DNA from: Octopus sinensis
Lineage: Eukaryota
Assembly (NCBI RefSeq): GCF_006345805.1
Contig: NW_021834036.1
Coordinates: forward strand, 1-27,111
Length of the DNA: 27,111 nucleotides
Direction of reading: 5' to 3'
The notes below the pieces were generated by a model. That model was not told the DNA's origin. It saw nothing but the letters and a program-made list of their open reading frames with translations, and did not search any database. Below, piece by piece: positions 9,112-19,825 of the stretch. Every line of letters starts with the position of its first letter. The stretch's first letter is position 1. Made by a program: the position numbers and the translations under genes.

Positions 9112-12100
9112 TTATTTGTCAAAATAAAAGAAAGCAAAAGATTGACGTCCAGGAATAATTCCAAAAACCATCAAAGAATTGTCTGAAACATCCAAACCAA
9201 GAACTTCAGAGACTTCATTATCATCCCCTCTGAGGAGTAAATATTTTGGATTATCTTCTAATTCCAGGATTTCATCATCTTCAGATGTTTCCTCTTCAAT
9301 ATGTCCAGGTATTTCGTAAATATTGTTTATTGTATCTGTTATATAAACACATTCACCAATTATGGTCAGACGAGGTCTTGCAATATAATATTCCGGACCA
9401 TAAAACCTTCCTTTTTCTATTCTTATCCTCCTCACCAAAGACTTTTCCCTGAACCATTCCACAAAACAAAAAACTTCCCAATCTCCAGACCCCTTCTTCT
9501 TCTTCATCTCCCACCTCACAACAACAACATCACCAAAAGATGTGACTCCCACACAATCCACCCTTTCATCTCCCTCAAACCTTCCCAATCTCCTCATCTT
9601 CCCACCACACACTTCATCTTTACATTTCCCATCTTCAAAATCAACCACATCCACATAATAAGGGTCAAAGATGTCAGGGTCTTTGCAATAATAGTAATCC
9701 TTGTTGTTTATCCATCTTCTTTGGTATTTCTTGTCTCTCTCTTCTTGAGTTATGTCTCTAATATAATGACCACCACACACGAGTTGATTGTCGTTGTATT
9801 TATAAATCCTGTTGTAGTATTTCTCAGTTCTGATGGTTTTTAAACGACGGAGATCCCTGTTGAAGACCCTCATTTCTCTCCCAAAGGCGACAATGAAACA
9901 TTCCTCTGTCCACCGACATATGTCCAGTGGTGGTCGTTGTTGTTGTTCATGTTGAAGTATGTCCACTGTTGTTGTTGTTGTTGTTCTGATTAATGTGACA
10001 CTTTCTCGAAATATCAACACACTCACATTCTCATCTAACTTAATTAGTTTACTGTTCCAGTCCCTAATGTCCCTCCAATCATAATCAACAGGTTCCTCGA
10101 ATGCAGGAATGGAAAAAGGGACCATTGCTGTCCTATATGGAAGTCTCCTCACTGATATTTCATCAATTCCTGAATTATTAATCTCCGCTATGTAATTACC
10201 ACATCTCACCTTTAATCTACCTTTACCAATTATTTCACCTGATTTACCTCTTCTTCTTCCTCCTCCATCTCCATCCCCTCCTCTGTATTCCAATTTATTA
10301 ATTAATTCATTACTGAATATTTCCTTGTTCGTTTCAGATGTAATGGAAGGGAAACGAAGACCAGAATCAAGATTTAATGACGACACAGATTCCAGAATGT
10401 TCACTTGGTCCCCATCAATCTTTATGCAATGACATTCAATCAATTCATTATGTACACACCAGTAAATACCCGCCACTTTTTTCCATATTACACCATAAGG
10501 GATGAGACTCGACCAAACTTGAGATGTCTGCAAATCTTCTCCATTCAGTTGAAATATTTCTTTCCTTTTAGGAACCGTGGCCATTATGTGTGATTCTTGT
10601 GTAAAACACACACCACCAACTAAACTTGCAACATTTCTGTGACATAGCAACTGGCCGTCTTCATCGAATATTTTAACATTTCCATTATTGGCTTTTTCAC
10701 ACACAACTGTCTTTCCTTCCTCAGAGACATCAAAATCTTTTACTTGAACAGGACATTCGTCTGTTTGTAAACGAGCAACCGGGAAGCTGTCTCGATTCAC
10801 CATAAACAACCCTTCAACATACAATTCATTCCTTTCTCCCCTCCTGGGGCTTCCAACAAACCTTGGTCCTTTACAGTCTATACTGGAGAATTCTACTTCA
10901 TCTTTATAAATTCTTTTATTTAAAAATATTCTCTTGTATTCCCCATTCTGGGTCAAACACAAAATATTTCGATATTCGGATGAAACAAAACATTTCTCCC
11001 AATAACCATGAATGTACAAAAAACTGTCATCAATTGTCATCCTGTCAACATCACCAATATAATCCCCTATGTAGTGTCTGACTGAATGTAAATATTGACC
11101 ACCACTGTTGAAGAAAATGATGAATCTTTCGTTGAAGACGATGATGACATCTTCATCAGTAACTTTAATATCCTGGATTCTATCAGAATAACCTCCATCT
11201 TCGTCTCTCCTTATTAATGGTTCAGGTATGTCTATTTTTTTTATTTCCTTCACACTCGAATGTATTTCATCAATATCAACAAAATGCAAATGTCTTTCAT
11301 CTCCCCATTCACTCAAAACCAGTTGATTATTTGATAAAGAAGCCACACATTTATAATTATTTCTCGTTTTGTAAATTACCAACGACAATGGAAATTCCAC
11401 TTTTAATGTCAACAGTTGGTGTCTATTATTATAATAAAGTTCCCTATTCGTAATGACCAGTGTGTTTGACTGCCATCGAGACATTTTAATACAATCATAA
11501 ATATTCACTTTGATTGAATCCATAAGGTGACCATCCAATGTGAATATCTTAATGTTTCCATTCTCCCTGTCACATCCTGCAATCAGATTATTTTCAGTAA
11601 GAACCAAATGATTAATCCACGCTGGTCCTTTGTCTCCCAAATGTTTAGGGGGAGGAATACGTCTGGCTTTATCAGAAACTGTCAGGTCCTGTAGATATAA
11701 AGTGGAAGACAACATTTCACTGAGAGAAATGTGTCTGGAAAATACATCCACCAGGTCGATATAATAATTAAGTTGATTATTAGTAACGAGATCATTAACC
11801 AACAAATTCTGATCGTTTATGGCAAACATACGGCTTCTGTCTATCAGATAAACAGACGTTTGGTCAATAGATCCACCTTGGAGACTGAGGGGACGTTTCA
11901 CTTGGGACATTAAAACACTGGGGACCATCTGACGACTGCCATGACCACCACCACTAATGTCCTTGAAGAAAGCTTCTGTTTCGGACTCTGAATCACTGGA
12001 AACCATACCATCACTACTACTAATACTACCATCACTACTACTAATACTACCATCACCACTACTAATACTACCATCACCACTACTAATACTACCATCACTT

Positions 12101-12734
12101 CCACCACTCAGACGACGTGCACTGCCATGACCACCACCACCTATTCTAGTGTTGTACTGAAAAGCTTTTCCCCTAGTAACAATTAATAGCTTTTCTGTTT
12201 TCTTGTCTATTGATAATGATTTCACAAACACAGGGATATTAATTGTCTTAATTACTTCGACTTGATTATAATTATTGATGGCTAAAATATCTAAATGTGA
12301 TGGTTTATCACAATAACAAACAATTTCACATTCACCCATCTTACACACCCGTACATAAGGCTGCCTTAATGATACACTTCTCACTGTCTTTGATAGGTTT
12401 CCAATGACCCTTAATTGTTTCTGTAGGGGTAATGTGACCCCTATATGATTAGAATCCCATCGACATATATCTGTGGCTGTAGACGGCAGAGATAATCTGG
12501 ACACAATGTCTCCTTCCTCAGAAATGTACAACAAGCAATCATGGTTGATGTCAGACACCACCAACTGTCCATTGGACAGATTACATATTTCGCCAATGAC
12601 AAGTTTTTGGTCATTCTCCTTTTCTTTGAGTCGTAGATTTAGATTTCTGATGTAAGGATTTTTAATGGGTAAAAGACAGCCAGACGACCGGTCTTGATAC
12701 TTGTAAAGAAGAACCCTGTTGAGTTGAGAGTCCG
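9112..12734 (-). CDS. Segment 4: propeller modules 3-6 with a Ser/Gly/Asp insert
   Basis: ORF 9112..12828 from PDSQLNRVLLYKY onward; about 1200 codons without a stop in AT-rich DNA. Confidence 0.9.
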
Positions 12735-14705
12735 GACATAAAGAGTTCCTTGGAAAACAGCAATGTGAGGGTGAACAGGGAAAGGCAGTTCCCACTGCCA
12801 TTTCATTTGTCCATATAGATCGTAACATCTGAGAATAGAGTGTCTCCTGAAGAGGACATAGAAATAAACATTATCAGAGTAGATGTGATGAGGGTGGCCA
12901 TAGAATGGAAGGTTTTTTGAAAAAGTTCTTCACCACATGTGGAATAAAATATCATTTTATTTTCGTTTCCATCTACGACTACAAAATTAATTGGAGTTGC
13001 AGCAATGCTGACATTATGATGTCCCAGAGAAATTCTTTCTGCAATGTCAACTTTATCTTTGTTGATCAATAGGATATGGACCTCGCTTTTGTTTTCAGTG
13101 GTGGTCACAGCTAGACACTTATTTGATACAACATGACATAGTTTAATGTAATCAGTATGGACTTTCATTAAAGGGCCTTTCATTAGCCCAGGGTATGTGA
13201 TACACTGAAATTCTTTGTTTTCATGGTAAAACACCAGAAATCCTTTAGAATTCATTCTACAAAAGCAAGAAGAAATCTCAGGGAAAGTTGAATTATTTTG
13301 GTTAATTATTTCTCCAGTCTCAGTGAATAATATAGCTTTATTATTCCTGTAGAATATTAATATAGAAGATGTAGACATAGGTAGAATATTTGTAATGTTG
13401 TAGCAATCCTCAATATAAATATAGTTGTTCAATGTTGGGGTCCATAGCTGGGGGTTATATGACTGCCTGGGCCAAAAGTCTTCATTTGTTCCAATGATAT
13501 GAAGGACATCAAAATAATCGGTTACAAAAATGTTTTCTTTGCCAACAGAAATATGGCGGCATTTCATGCCAATTTCTCTTGTTGTCACAGCACCTGTACC
13601 TGAAATCCGATAAATAATATGTCCCTGGAGGACATAAAAATGGTTTTGGTACACAGAGATGTGGCTTGGAATGTCCAGGGAATTGGTATCCACCTCAAAT
13701 AACTGCTGGCCATCCACATTGTAACAGGTAACCCTGTTAATATTGGAAAAGGATACTAAGAGTTTATTTTGTGCTCCTACAGCAATATCTGAAGGGTTTT
13801 TCTTTCGTTATGAATTCGTATTTTATTCTATTCTCTTCCCAGTCAATGACGTATATGGTCCGACCAAACATTTCTACACCTATAAGCGTAGAATGTTCCA
13901 AATAAGAAACCAACATTAATCCTAGCTGAATTCTTTTGATTCTCAAACTTAAAGGGTTGATAATAAGAACCATTTTTCGGAAGGGCAGGGTGGCGAGGAC
14001 TGTGTCTTCACTGATTCTGGTAAAATCAGTGACAGAAGATGAGCAATGAACTTCATTTCTGTTGCCGTCTCTTGTTATACAACATATTGTCATAAAGTGG
14101 CGGGAATATGTTACAATACCCCCTTGTATGACAACAATATTGGATATTGGTTTGCTTAAGTCTTCACCAGATTCTTCAATCTCTACTTCTCTGGTCACAA
14201 CTGGCCGAAGAGGACGAAATTTTGTGGTTACTTTTGGTGGTTCAATGGTCTTGTGGTTGTATGGGTTACAGGTGACATAAATGTCAAAGAGTCTTTGTTG
14301 AAACCAATCAAGGTTTTGGTGAACAAAATCATTATTTTGTTTTGCAAATTCCAGAAATCTTGGCATTTTACATTTGATATTACGTAGAATTCGAGATCCA
14401 TTTAAACCCAGAGAGTCCATGTGATTACATTTATCCTTTACATAATCTATAAACGTATTGATGTGGTCTGTTTTGATTAGTGTTCGGTAACATGTCACAA
14501 TATGAAGGAAACTTGGTAGCATGGACTTTTCCTGTTCTTTAGATTTCTTTGTGTCTTTTCTTTCCTGTTCTTCTGTTTTCTTTGTGTTCTGTGTATGTAA
14601 TATTTGGGTAATAATTGGTGTAGTTTCCTTATAAATTGCTGTTGCATCACAGACTGTGGCAGGAATGAGAGCCAACATTTTGTTTTCTTCATTAATCTTC
14701 TCCAT
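9112..14705 (-). CDS. Large intron-free multi-beta-propeller (NHL/TolB-like repeat) protein of about 1864 aa after correcting three 1-bp indels; frameshifted as given (assembly error or young pseudogene)
   Basis: Three consecutive same-strand long ORFs join at single-base indels, and the net corrected length is 5595 nt (1865 codons including the stop). Recurrent blade motifs include KPSDIAVGAQNKLLVSFSNINRVTCYNVDGQQL, IGEICNLSNGQLVVSDINHDCLLYISEEG, INHLVLTENNLIAGCDRENGNIKIFTLDGHLM and VKDFDVSEEGKTVVCEKANNGNVKIFDEDGQLL. These resemble the NHL propellers of molluscan TRIM2/3/71-like proteins. No RING or B-box is visible. Confidence 0.8.
12007..12099 (-). repeat. In-frame 21-nt coding tandem repeat (SSDGSIS/SGDGSIS), about 4.4 copies
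   Basis: Unit accatca(c/t)(t/c)actactaatact with period 21, inside a region bounded by a 19-bp direct repeat (11935-11953 and 12121-12139, both encoding GGGHGS). Confidence 0.95.
12735..12907 (-). CDS. Segment 3: hidden coding piece of about 58 codons, absent from the ORF track
   Basis: The third frame reads (P)FYGHPHHIYSDNVYFYVLFRRHSILRCYDLYGQMKWQWELPFPVHPHIAVFQGTLYV, which is blade-like and parallels LDIPSHISVYQNHFYVLQG. The overlapping ORF tail and head in the other two frames are not blade-like. Confidence 0.75.
12908..13794 (-). CDS. Segment 2: rest of propeller module 1 and most of module 2
   Basis: The frame of ORF 12803..13717 is open upstream of its GTG (SDIAVGAQNKLLVSFSNINRVTCYNVDGQQLF), so it continues segment 1 after a +1 indel. 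Confidence 0.75.
13795..14705 (-). CDS. Segment 1: helical, charged N-terminus plus the start of propeller module 1
   Basis: ORF 13764..14705. ATG 14705 has an in-frame TAA six codons upstream. The true frame leaves this ORF at KEKP (GGG, 13794-13796). Confidence 0.75.
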
Positions 14706-15124
14706 TTTATGAATATAGAATTATTATCTTTTTCTGTTAAATATATTCTTTTCTGTGGATTTTGTTTTCTTCCTTTGGAATACAATTTATCTCTTCAAAA
14801 TTCACTAATTTTTACATGAAAGCTGAAATAAAATGGAAACTTTATTAGTTTTGTGAAAAGCTTTTGATAAAAAATATATTTACTTGATTCATTCAAAGAA
14901 TTTCAAGGAAAACACACATTTCATTAAATATATTAAACAAATTGTTTATTTGACAGTGAAGTTAAACATTTAAACTGTTTCCAATGGAATAATCATTAGA
15001 AATAAAACTTGAAGATATAAATACACCATTATCTTTATTGACTGAATATAAGTGATGGTGAAAAGTGTTGTAGTAAGAAGGAATATAAATATTTTGTTGA
15101 GGTTATTTCTACAGATATTATCGG

Positions 15125-15313
15125 TAGAAATTATAGCCAGGACTGATTTCCTGCTACAACATTTCATATCGAAATGTCAGACGGAAACAAACAATGAGAT
15201 CAAAGAGAAAAACATCTGTTGTTTGTTCTCATTGTTTATCTCATTGTTTGTTTACATCTGACATCTCTATAGGAAATGTTTTAGCAAAAAATCAGAGCCA
15301 ACTATAATTTCTA
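15125..15313. mobile_element. Decayed hairpin MITE (imperfect inverted arms 15125-15200 and 15238-15313)
   Basis: tagaaattatagccaggactgatttcctgctacaacatttcatatcgaaatgtcagacggaaacaaacaatgagat aligns to the reverse complement of the right arm, tagaaattatagttggctctgattttttgctaaaacatttcctatagagatgtcagatgtaaacaaacaatgagat. Confidence 0.75.
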
Positions 15314-15570
15314 TGGAATATCAATAGAATAATGTGAAAAACACTGCTAACAAAGTAGAATGTGGTGTTGACTTCTAACACGATTTAATATATTTTACAG
15401 GAATTTATGGTTGCATAATGAAATACCACGTCCCTACAAATCAGGAATATAAGTATTATTAATAATTATATGCACTGGAAATGATGTGACAGTCATGGTT
15501 GGCTTGGTTTCCATCATATTTACTTGGATTCACAGATACCAATAAAGCTGGAGATGAAACTGTTCTTAAC

Positions 15571-15781
15571 CTGACAAATGCTGTAAATCTCTCGACATTT
15601 CAATATAATCCACACAATTATCATACACAACATTGATTAACTCGGAAAGCTTATCCAAAGATGGGCTTTCATATAATCACACTGATAGACAGCATGTTGA
15701 GAGGATCGTTATTATTTGTTGCTGATTGAGATAATAAAGATTGGTTAATGAATTAGCCCAATTAATGAAAGTTAAGTTCAT
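15571..15781 (-). pseudogene. Candidate upstream coding exon of the propeller gene with one in-frame TGA (15677-15679)
   Basis: One frame reads MNLTFINWANSLTNLYYLNQQQIITILSTCCLSV*LYESPSLDKLSELINVVYDNCVDYIEMSRDLQHLS and ends at donor CAG|GTTAAG. An acceptor-like TTTTATTTCAG lies at about 14822-14832, ahead of the big exon. Confidence 0.4.
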
Positions 15782-16135
15782 CTTAATTATCTTTAATATA
15801 AGGGACAATGTTTGGGTAGCAATGAGAAAGATGTGTTTGTATGAAAAAGGGGTTTGGCAGGTGAAGTGTGTTTTGTTTTGTGTGAGGTGAGGAGTTATAA
15901 CTTGGTGTAGTTTATTATGAAGTATTGGGGGTTTAATGAGGTGGATTAGGAAATATTGGTGGGGGTGTTTAATGACATTGTGGTGACCCATCATCATCAG
16001 AATGATCCTCCACTGCCTCCTTGGTCTATGAAATAATGACTGTTACTCTATTGACCCCAGGAGGAATGAAAAATAAAAGAGACCTCCTTCAGGATGTCAG
16101 CTCTTTGAATATACATGGACTAAACAACAACATAT

Positions 16136-16886
16136 TTTTGGGGAAAAGCTGGATAAGGATATGTTGTTGTTATTGCTGTTGTTGTTGACAACAAAGTTTA
16201 TACAGAGAAAAGCAGATAATTGCAAATATTTCTATTGTAAAATTAAATTGGAATTAATGTTTATGTTTCATTTGTGCCATTCTACTTGGTTTATTTTGGG
16301 GAAGAAAAACCTACAAAACCCCTCATAATAATTAGACTTTAATCTAATCGTAGATGTATTTATATACACATGCATACATATATATGAATGAATGTGTATA
16401 ATATATACACAAGGATGAACATATGTATATTTATACATCCATACGTCTGTATGTATGTATGATTATCATTTTACCCCCACTTTCCATGCTGGAATGGGTT
16501 GGATGGTTCAAAGAATATCTTGCCTGAAGTTACATTTTCTGGTTTTCTTTCCACAGCTGGATGCTCTTCCTGACACCAACCACTGCACAATGTGCACTGG
16601 GTGCATCTTATGGCACCGTCACTAGAGACAATCGCCATGTCCTTGACAAAACTAAAGGTTCCCCTCAATCTCTGAGTGTGACATATACCTTGGGATGGGT
16701 GAGAGATCTAGGGTAATGAATATATGAAAAGGAGTGGTTTGGGTGTTAGGGAGAGACCCAGGTAGGTCCAGTAACATCCCTAGTTTCATTGGAAGAATGG
16801 TGAAGAGAAGAGATTTACTGCCAATCTTTGTCACAGCAATAAGATAGGGTAAAAAGAAGAAGAGAGAGTGATTGAGAGATGAAAGA
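16136..16886 (+). repeat. Local duplication, copy 1 (about 750 bp, direct repeat of 22878-23631)
   Basis: Colinear base-by-base match with only about 25 differences by eye. It includes unique AT-rich sequence and an embedded RTE-tail repeat. Confidence 0.95.
16466..16660 (-). mobile_element. Octopus RTE-tail-related repeat inside duplication copy 1
   Basis: ttccatgctggaatgggttggatggtt...acagctggatgctcttcctgacaccaaccac, the same family as 868-1260. Confidence 0.6.
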
Positions 16887-17325
16887 AAGAAAGATACTTC
16901 TGCTAATTATTAATAAGTATATGTATATATATACACACATACATACACATATATAGACAGACACATTTTGAATGACTTCTGACTCCATCAAAAGAGGATA
17001 GGTATCTTTATTTTTCACATTTAATCACAGATATCTTTATTCTGATGTATAATTTTATATTTTATATTTGACATTCTATACTTGACTTTCTAAGTTTGAT
17101 AAATGTATGCTAATTTATATTCATAATTTATAATCTATAATTTTTAATTCTTAATTTTGTAAAGTTTAATTTTTTAATTTTATATTTTTAATGTTTAATT
17201 TAATGCTTAGTTTTAAGGATGTAAATTAGGTTAGGTTAACAATATTTTGAAAAAGAACCTGAAGATGGTAGAATTGTAAATCTTATGATTACACACACAC
17301 ACACACACACACACATATATCATAA

Positions 17326-17886
17326 CATGGAAAAATGTGAGCATGAAAAGTAATATTCTTAAGATTATAAACCTGTAAAAGTACAGGACAAGTTATTACA
17401 CCTGTAAAAGTATAGGACAAGTTATTACACCTGTAAAAGTATAGGACAAGTTATTACTTCAAGTAAAGAATAAGAAAGTTTTTACTTAAAATATTGCAGC
17501 CAAGAATTCCAGTTCTTCTAATTTACAACTCTTTACAGTTCTCATCTTTTAAATTTATTGTACAAAACTGTTCAGCTAATTTGTAAGTTTGTCTAATTAG
17601 TCACTTTTTTCTGTATTTAAGGTAGTAAATTAGCTAAATTCTACTTAAATAAGTATAGTGTTATTTGTAAACTATAATAAGTTTTAATATTCAAATTTTT
17701 ATTTTAGCTGCAATATTTTAAGTAAAAAGATTCTTAATCTTTACTTTACTTGAAGTAATAGCTTGTCCTAAGCTTTTACAGGTGAAATAGCTTGTCCTAA
17801 ACTTTTACAGGTGTAATAACTTGTCCTGTACTTTTCCAGGTTTATAATCTTAAGAATATTACTTTTCATGCTCACATTTTTCCATG
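17326..17886. mobile_element. Non-autonomous foldback DNA transposon with TIRs of about 170 bp, three 29-bp subterminal tandem repeats per arm, and TAA flanks
   Basis: Starts CATGGAAAAATGTGAGCATGAAAAG and ends with its exact reverse complement. Unit acctgtaaaagta(c/t)aggacaagttattac occurs at 17371, 17400 and 17429 and is mirrored at about 17755-17840. TAA lies at 17323-17325 and 17887-17889. Confidence 0.9.
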
Positions 17887-18329
17887 TAATCCATGATTTT
17901 TCCAGACATTGCTGTTATAACATAATTAATGATGTGCCAATTAATAATTTAAGATTTTACCTTATAAAATACTGGGTAGGGGGATACATTGACTGCTATT
18001 TTTAGCATGTTGAGCGACCAGATAGAGGCTCTTTCATTGGTTTGATTGCGGGATGAGATTTTTTTTTACAATCTATGTATAATATTCATATATATATCAT
18101 CGGCAGAAGTTAGAGAGTAAGTCAAAAGCTGAGAGTTTCATGTATTGGCGCTTATCAAACACAAATGTGTCCATTGTCACTCAGTAACTTGTGACGAAAT
18201 AACTTCTAAAATACAAAATTTTGTCAAAAACGTTAAGAGTAAACCCTGTTGTATGTGACACATTCTACCAGTATTGGAAGTTTGAAAGTGTTTAGTTAAA
18301 AAAAAGTTAATTAAATAATCTGGACGTCA

Positions 18330-18460
18330 AATTGAATAGATCCGAAATGGATAAAAAGCAAATTTGACTTCAGTGGAATTTGAACTCAAAATGTAAACAA
18401 AGGCGAAATACCCGTAAGCATTTCGCCCTGTGCTAATGTTTCTGCCAGCTCACTCCCTTG
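18330..18460 (-). mobile_element. SINE family A, 5' (tRNA-like) half
   Basis: ggaatttgaactcaaaatgtaaac...gcgaaatacc.gtaagcatttcgccc...tctgccagctcactcccttg, homologous to 1860-1960. Confidence 0.75.
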
Positions 18461-19684
18461 GAACAGAAACATTCATTTTAGCAATATATTCTTTAATATT
18501 CTTATAGCTGAAGCATTACTTCCTTCTCTCTTACTGACACGAAATTTCCTGGCATTTCACCCCATGACTTCTCTTCTACGAATTTTTGTTCAGTGCAACT
18601 AACGACTCTGAATTCCTCATACATTTTTCTCTCATTTAAGCCGAAGAAAAGTATACTTTTATTTTAAAATTAAAAAGTTTACGTTAATTGAAGGTGAATA
18701 GGTGCCTTACTGCCCCCCACCCCTCTATAGGTCGCAGATATTTTGATGTAACTTTTTTTCCACTGAACCAAATCTAAAACTATTTATGCCAAAGTGTAGC
18801 CGAGGAGGTGTCCTCCTTAAGACTGTTAACAGTTGGCAATTTAGTTGAGAACTGAATTAGTGGTGAAGCTTGGATTGACGGAATGGTGAACTTAAGAATA
18901 TATTCAACCACTACCATGGTTGAATGATAACCTTCCAATACTGAAACACGTGTAGTTCATTCCTAATGACAATTTTAACTTCAGTAGGAGGTAATTAGGA
19001 GGAGTATATTGTATACCCTGCTGGTGTACTACTGGTTTCATCCTTAAAGTATTACTCTTGATGTGCATACAATCTGACCCTACTATACTGTGTAGTCGAC
19101 AAAATCAAAAACAACCAACCATTGTGTGTGTACGAAATTAGAAATATAAAAGAGCGACAATTTACCCATCGCAGCCTGTATGTGACGAGTGTGTGCATAT
19201 ATGATAATACAAATAAGTTATAAAACATATGGAAGCTGCTATTTTCCACATGAGATGTGCTAAGACAGGGCTCAATAAATATGCAATGAATTCCTGTTGG
19301 GATCGATAATATAATGAAAGATAATGATGTCCAAAACTGATGGACATGAGAAATTAAAACCATGAGAAACATTTTAAGGTGAAAACAAACCTTACCGTCC
19401 CGTACCAAATCCTTGCTCCACGTCACACCTCCTTGCTACTCCACCACCACCATACTTCTCCACATTGGTCCTCCCCATCCCGTTACACAACCCTCTTCTC
19501 ACGCCACTATGTTGGATGTGTGTGGGTGGGTGTGAGAGAGATAGAGAGAGAGAGAGTACCTGTTTATACACACAACTATTTGAATGTATATGCGTATGAA
19601 TAATACGTGTGTGTGTGTGTGTTGGCTGTATATGAGTAAGTATGTAGTTGTGTTGCGTTGTGTCTGGTGCTTGGTAACAAAGCA

Positions 19685-19825
19685 TACAGTTTGGCTGTCT
19701 GCAGTTTGTTAGGCCAGAGAAGATATTAGCTTGCTTGGAAATAGAGCATCTATCCATAGAAAAAACTGCCTCAATGAAGTCTCAGTTGACCGGGGGAAGC
19801 AGAGAAAAGTGACCCTTAAACACGA
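19685..19825 (+). mobile_element. Diverged octopus RTE-tail-type SINE fragment
   Basis: gcttgcttggaaa...catctatccatagaaaaaactgcctcaatgaa...gaaaagtgacccttaaacacgat resembles the 3' end of the family at 24590. Confidence 0.4.

Noticed and set aside
9246-12655. Plus-strand and alternative-frame ORFs overlapping the propeller CDS (for example 9301..9843, 180 aa)
   Set aside because: They are shadow ORFs on the antisense or in other frames of a real CDS, with no independent motifs.
14495-14785. Alternative minus-strand ORF overlapping the start of the propeller gene
   Set aside because: It is an out-of-frame reading of the Lys/Glu-rich N-terminus. The 14705 frame is the one that continues into the propellers.
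17255-17290. cctgaagatggtagaa, reminiscent of minimal hammerhead cores in Penelope-like elements
   Set aside because: The required GAAA strand and closing helices are absent.
17371-17457. 29-bp tandem repeats that could look like a CRISPR array
   Set aside because: The units are directly adjacent with no spacers, they are mirrored in an inverted arm, and the context is eukaryotic. They are transposon subterminal repeats.
18780-19430. Short protein-like frames (LEGYHSTMVVVEYILKFTIPSIQ on the minus strand; ORF 19052..19426) and a small hairpin attcaacca/tggttgaat
   Set aside because: There are no convincing donor/acceptor pairs or recognisable motifs, and such frames and hairpins are compatible with chance.
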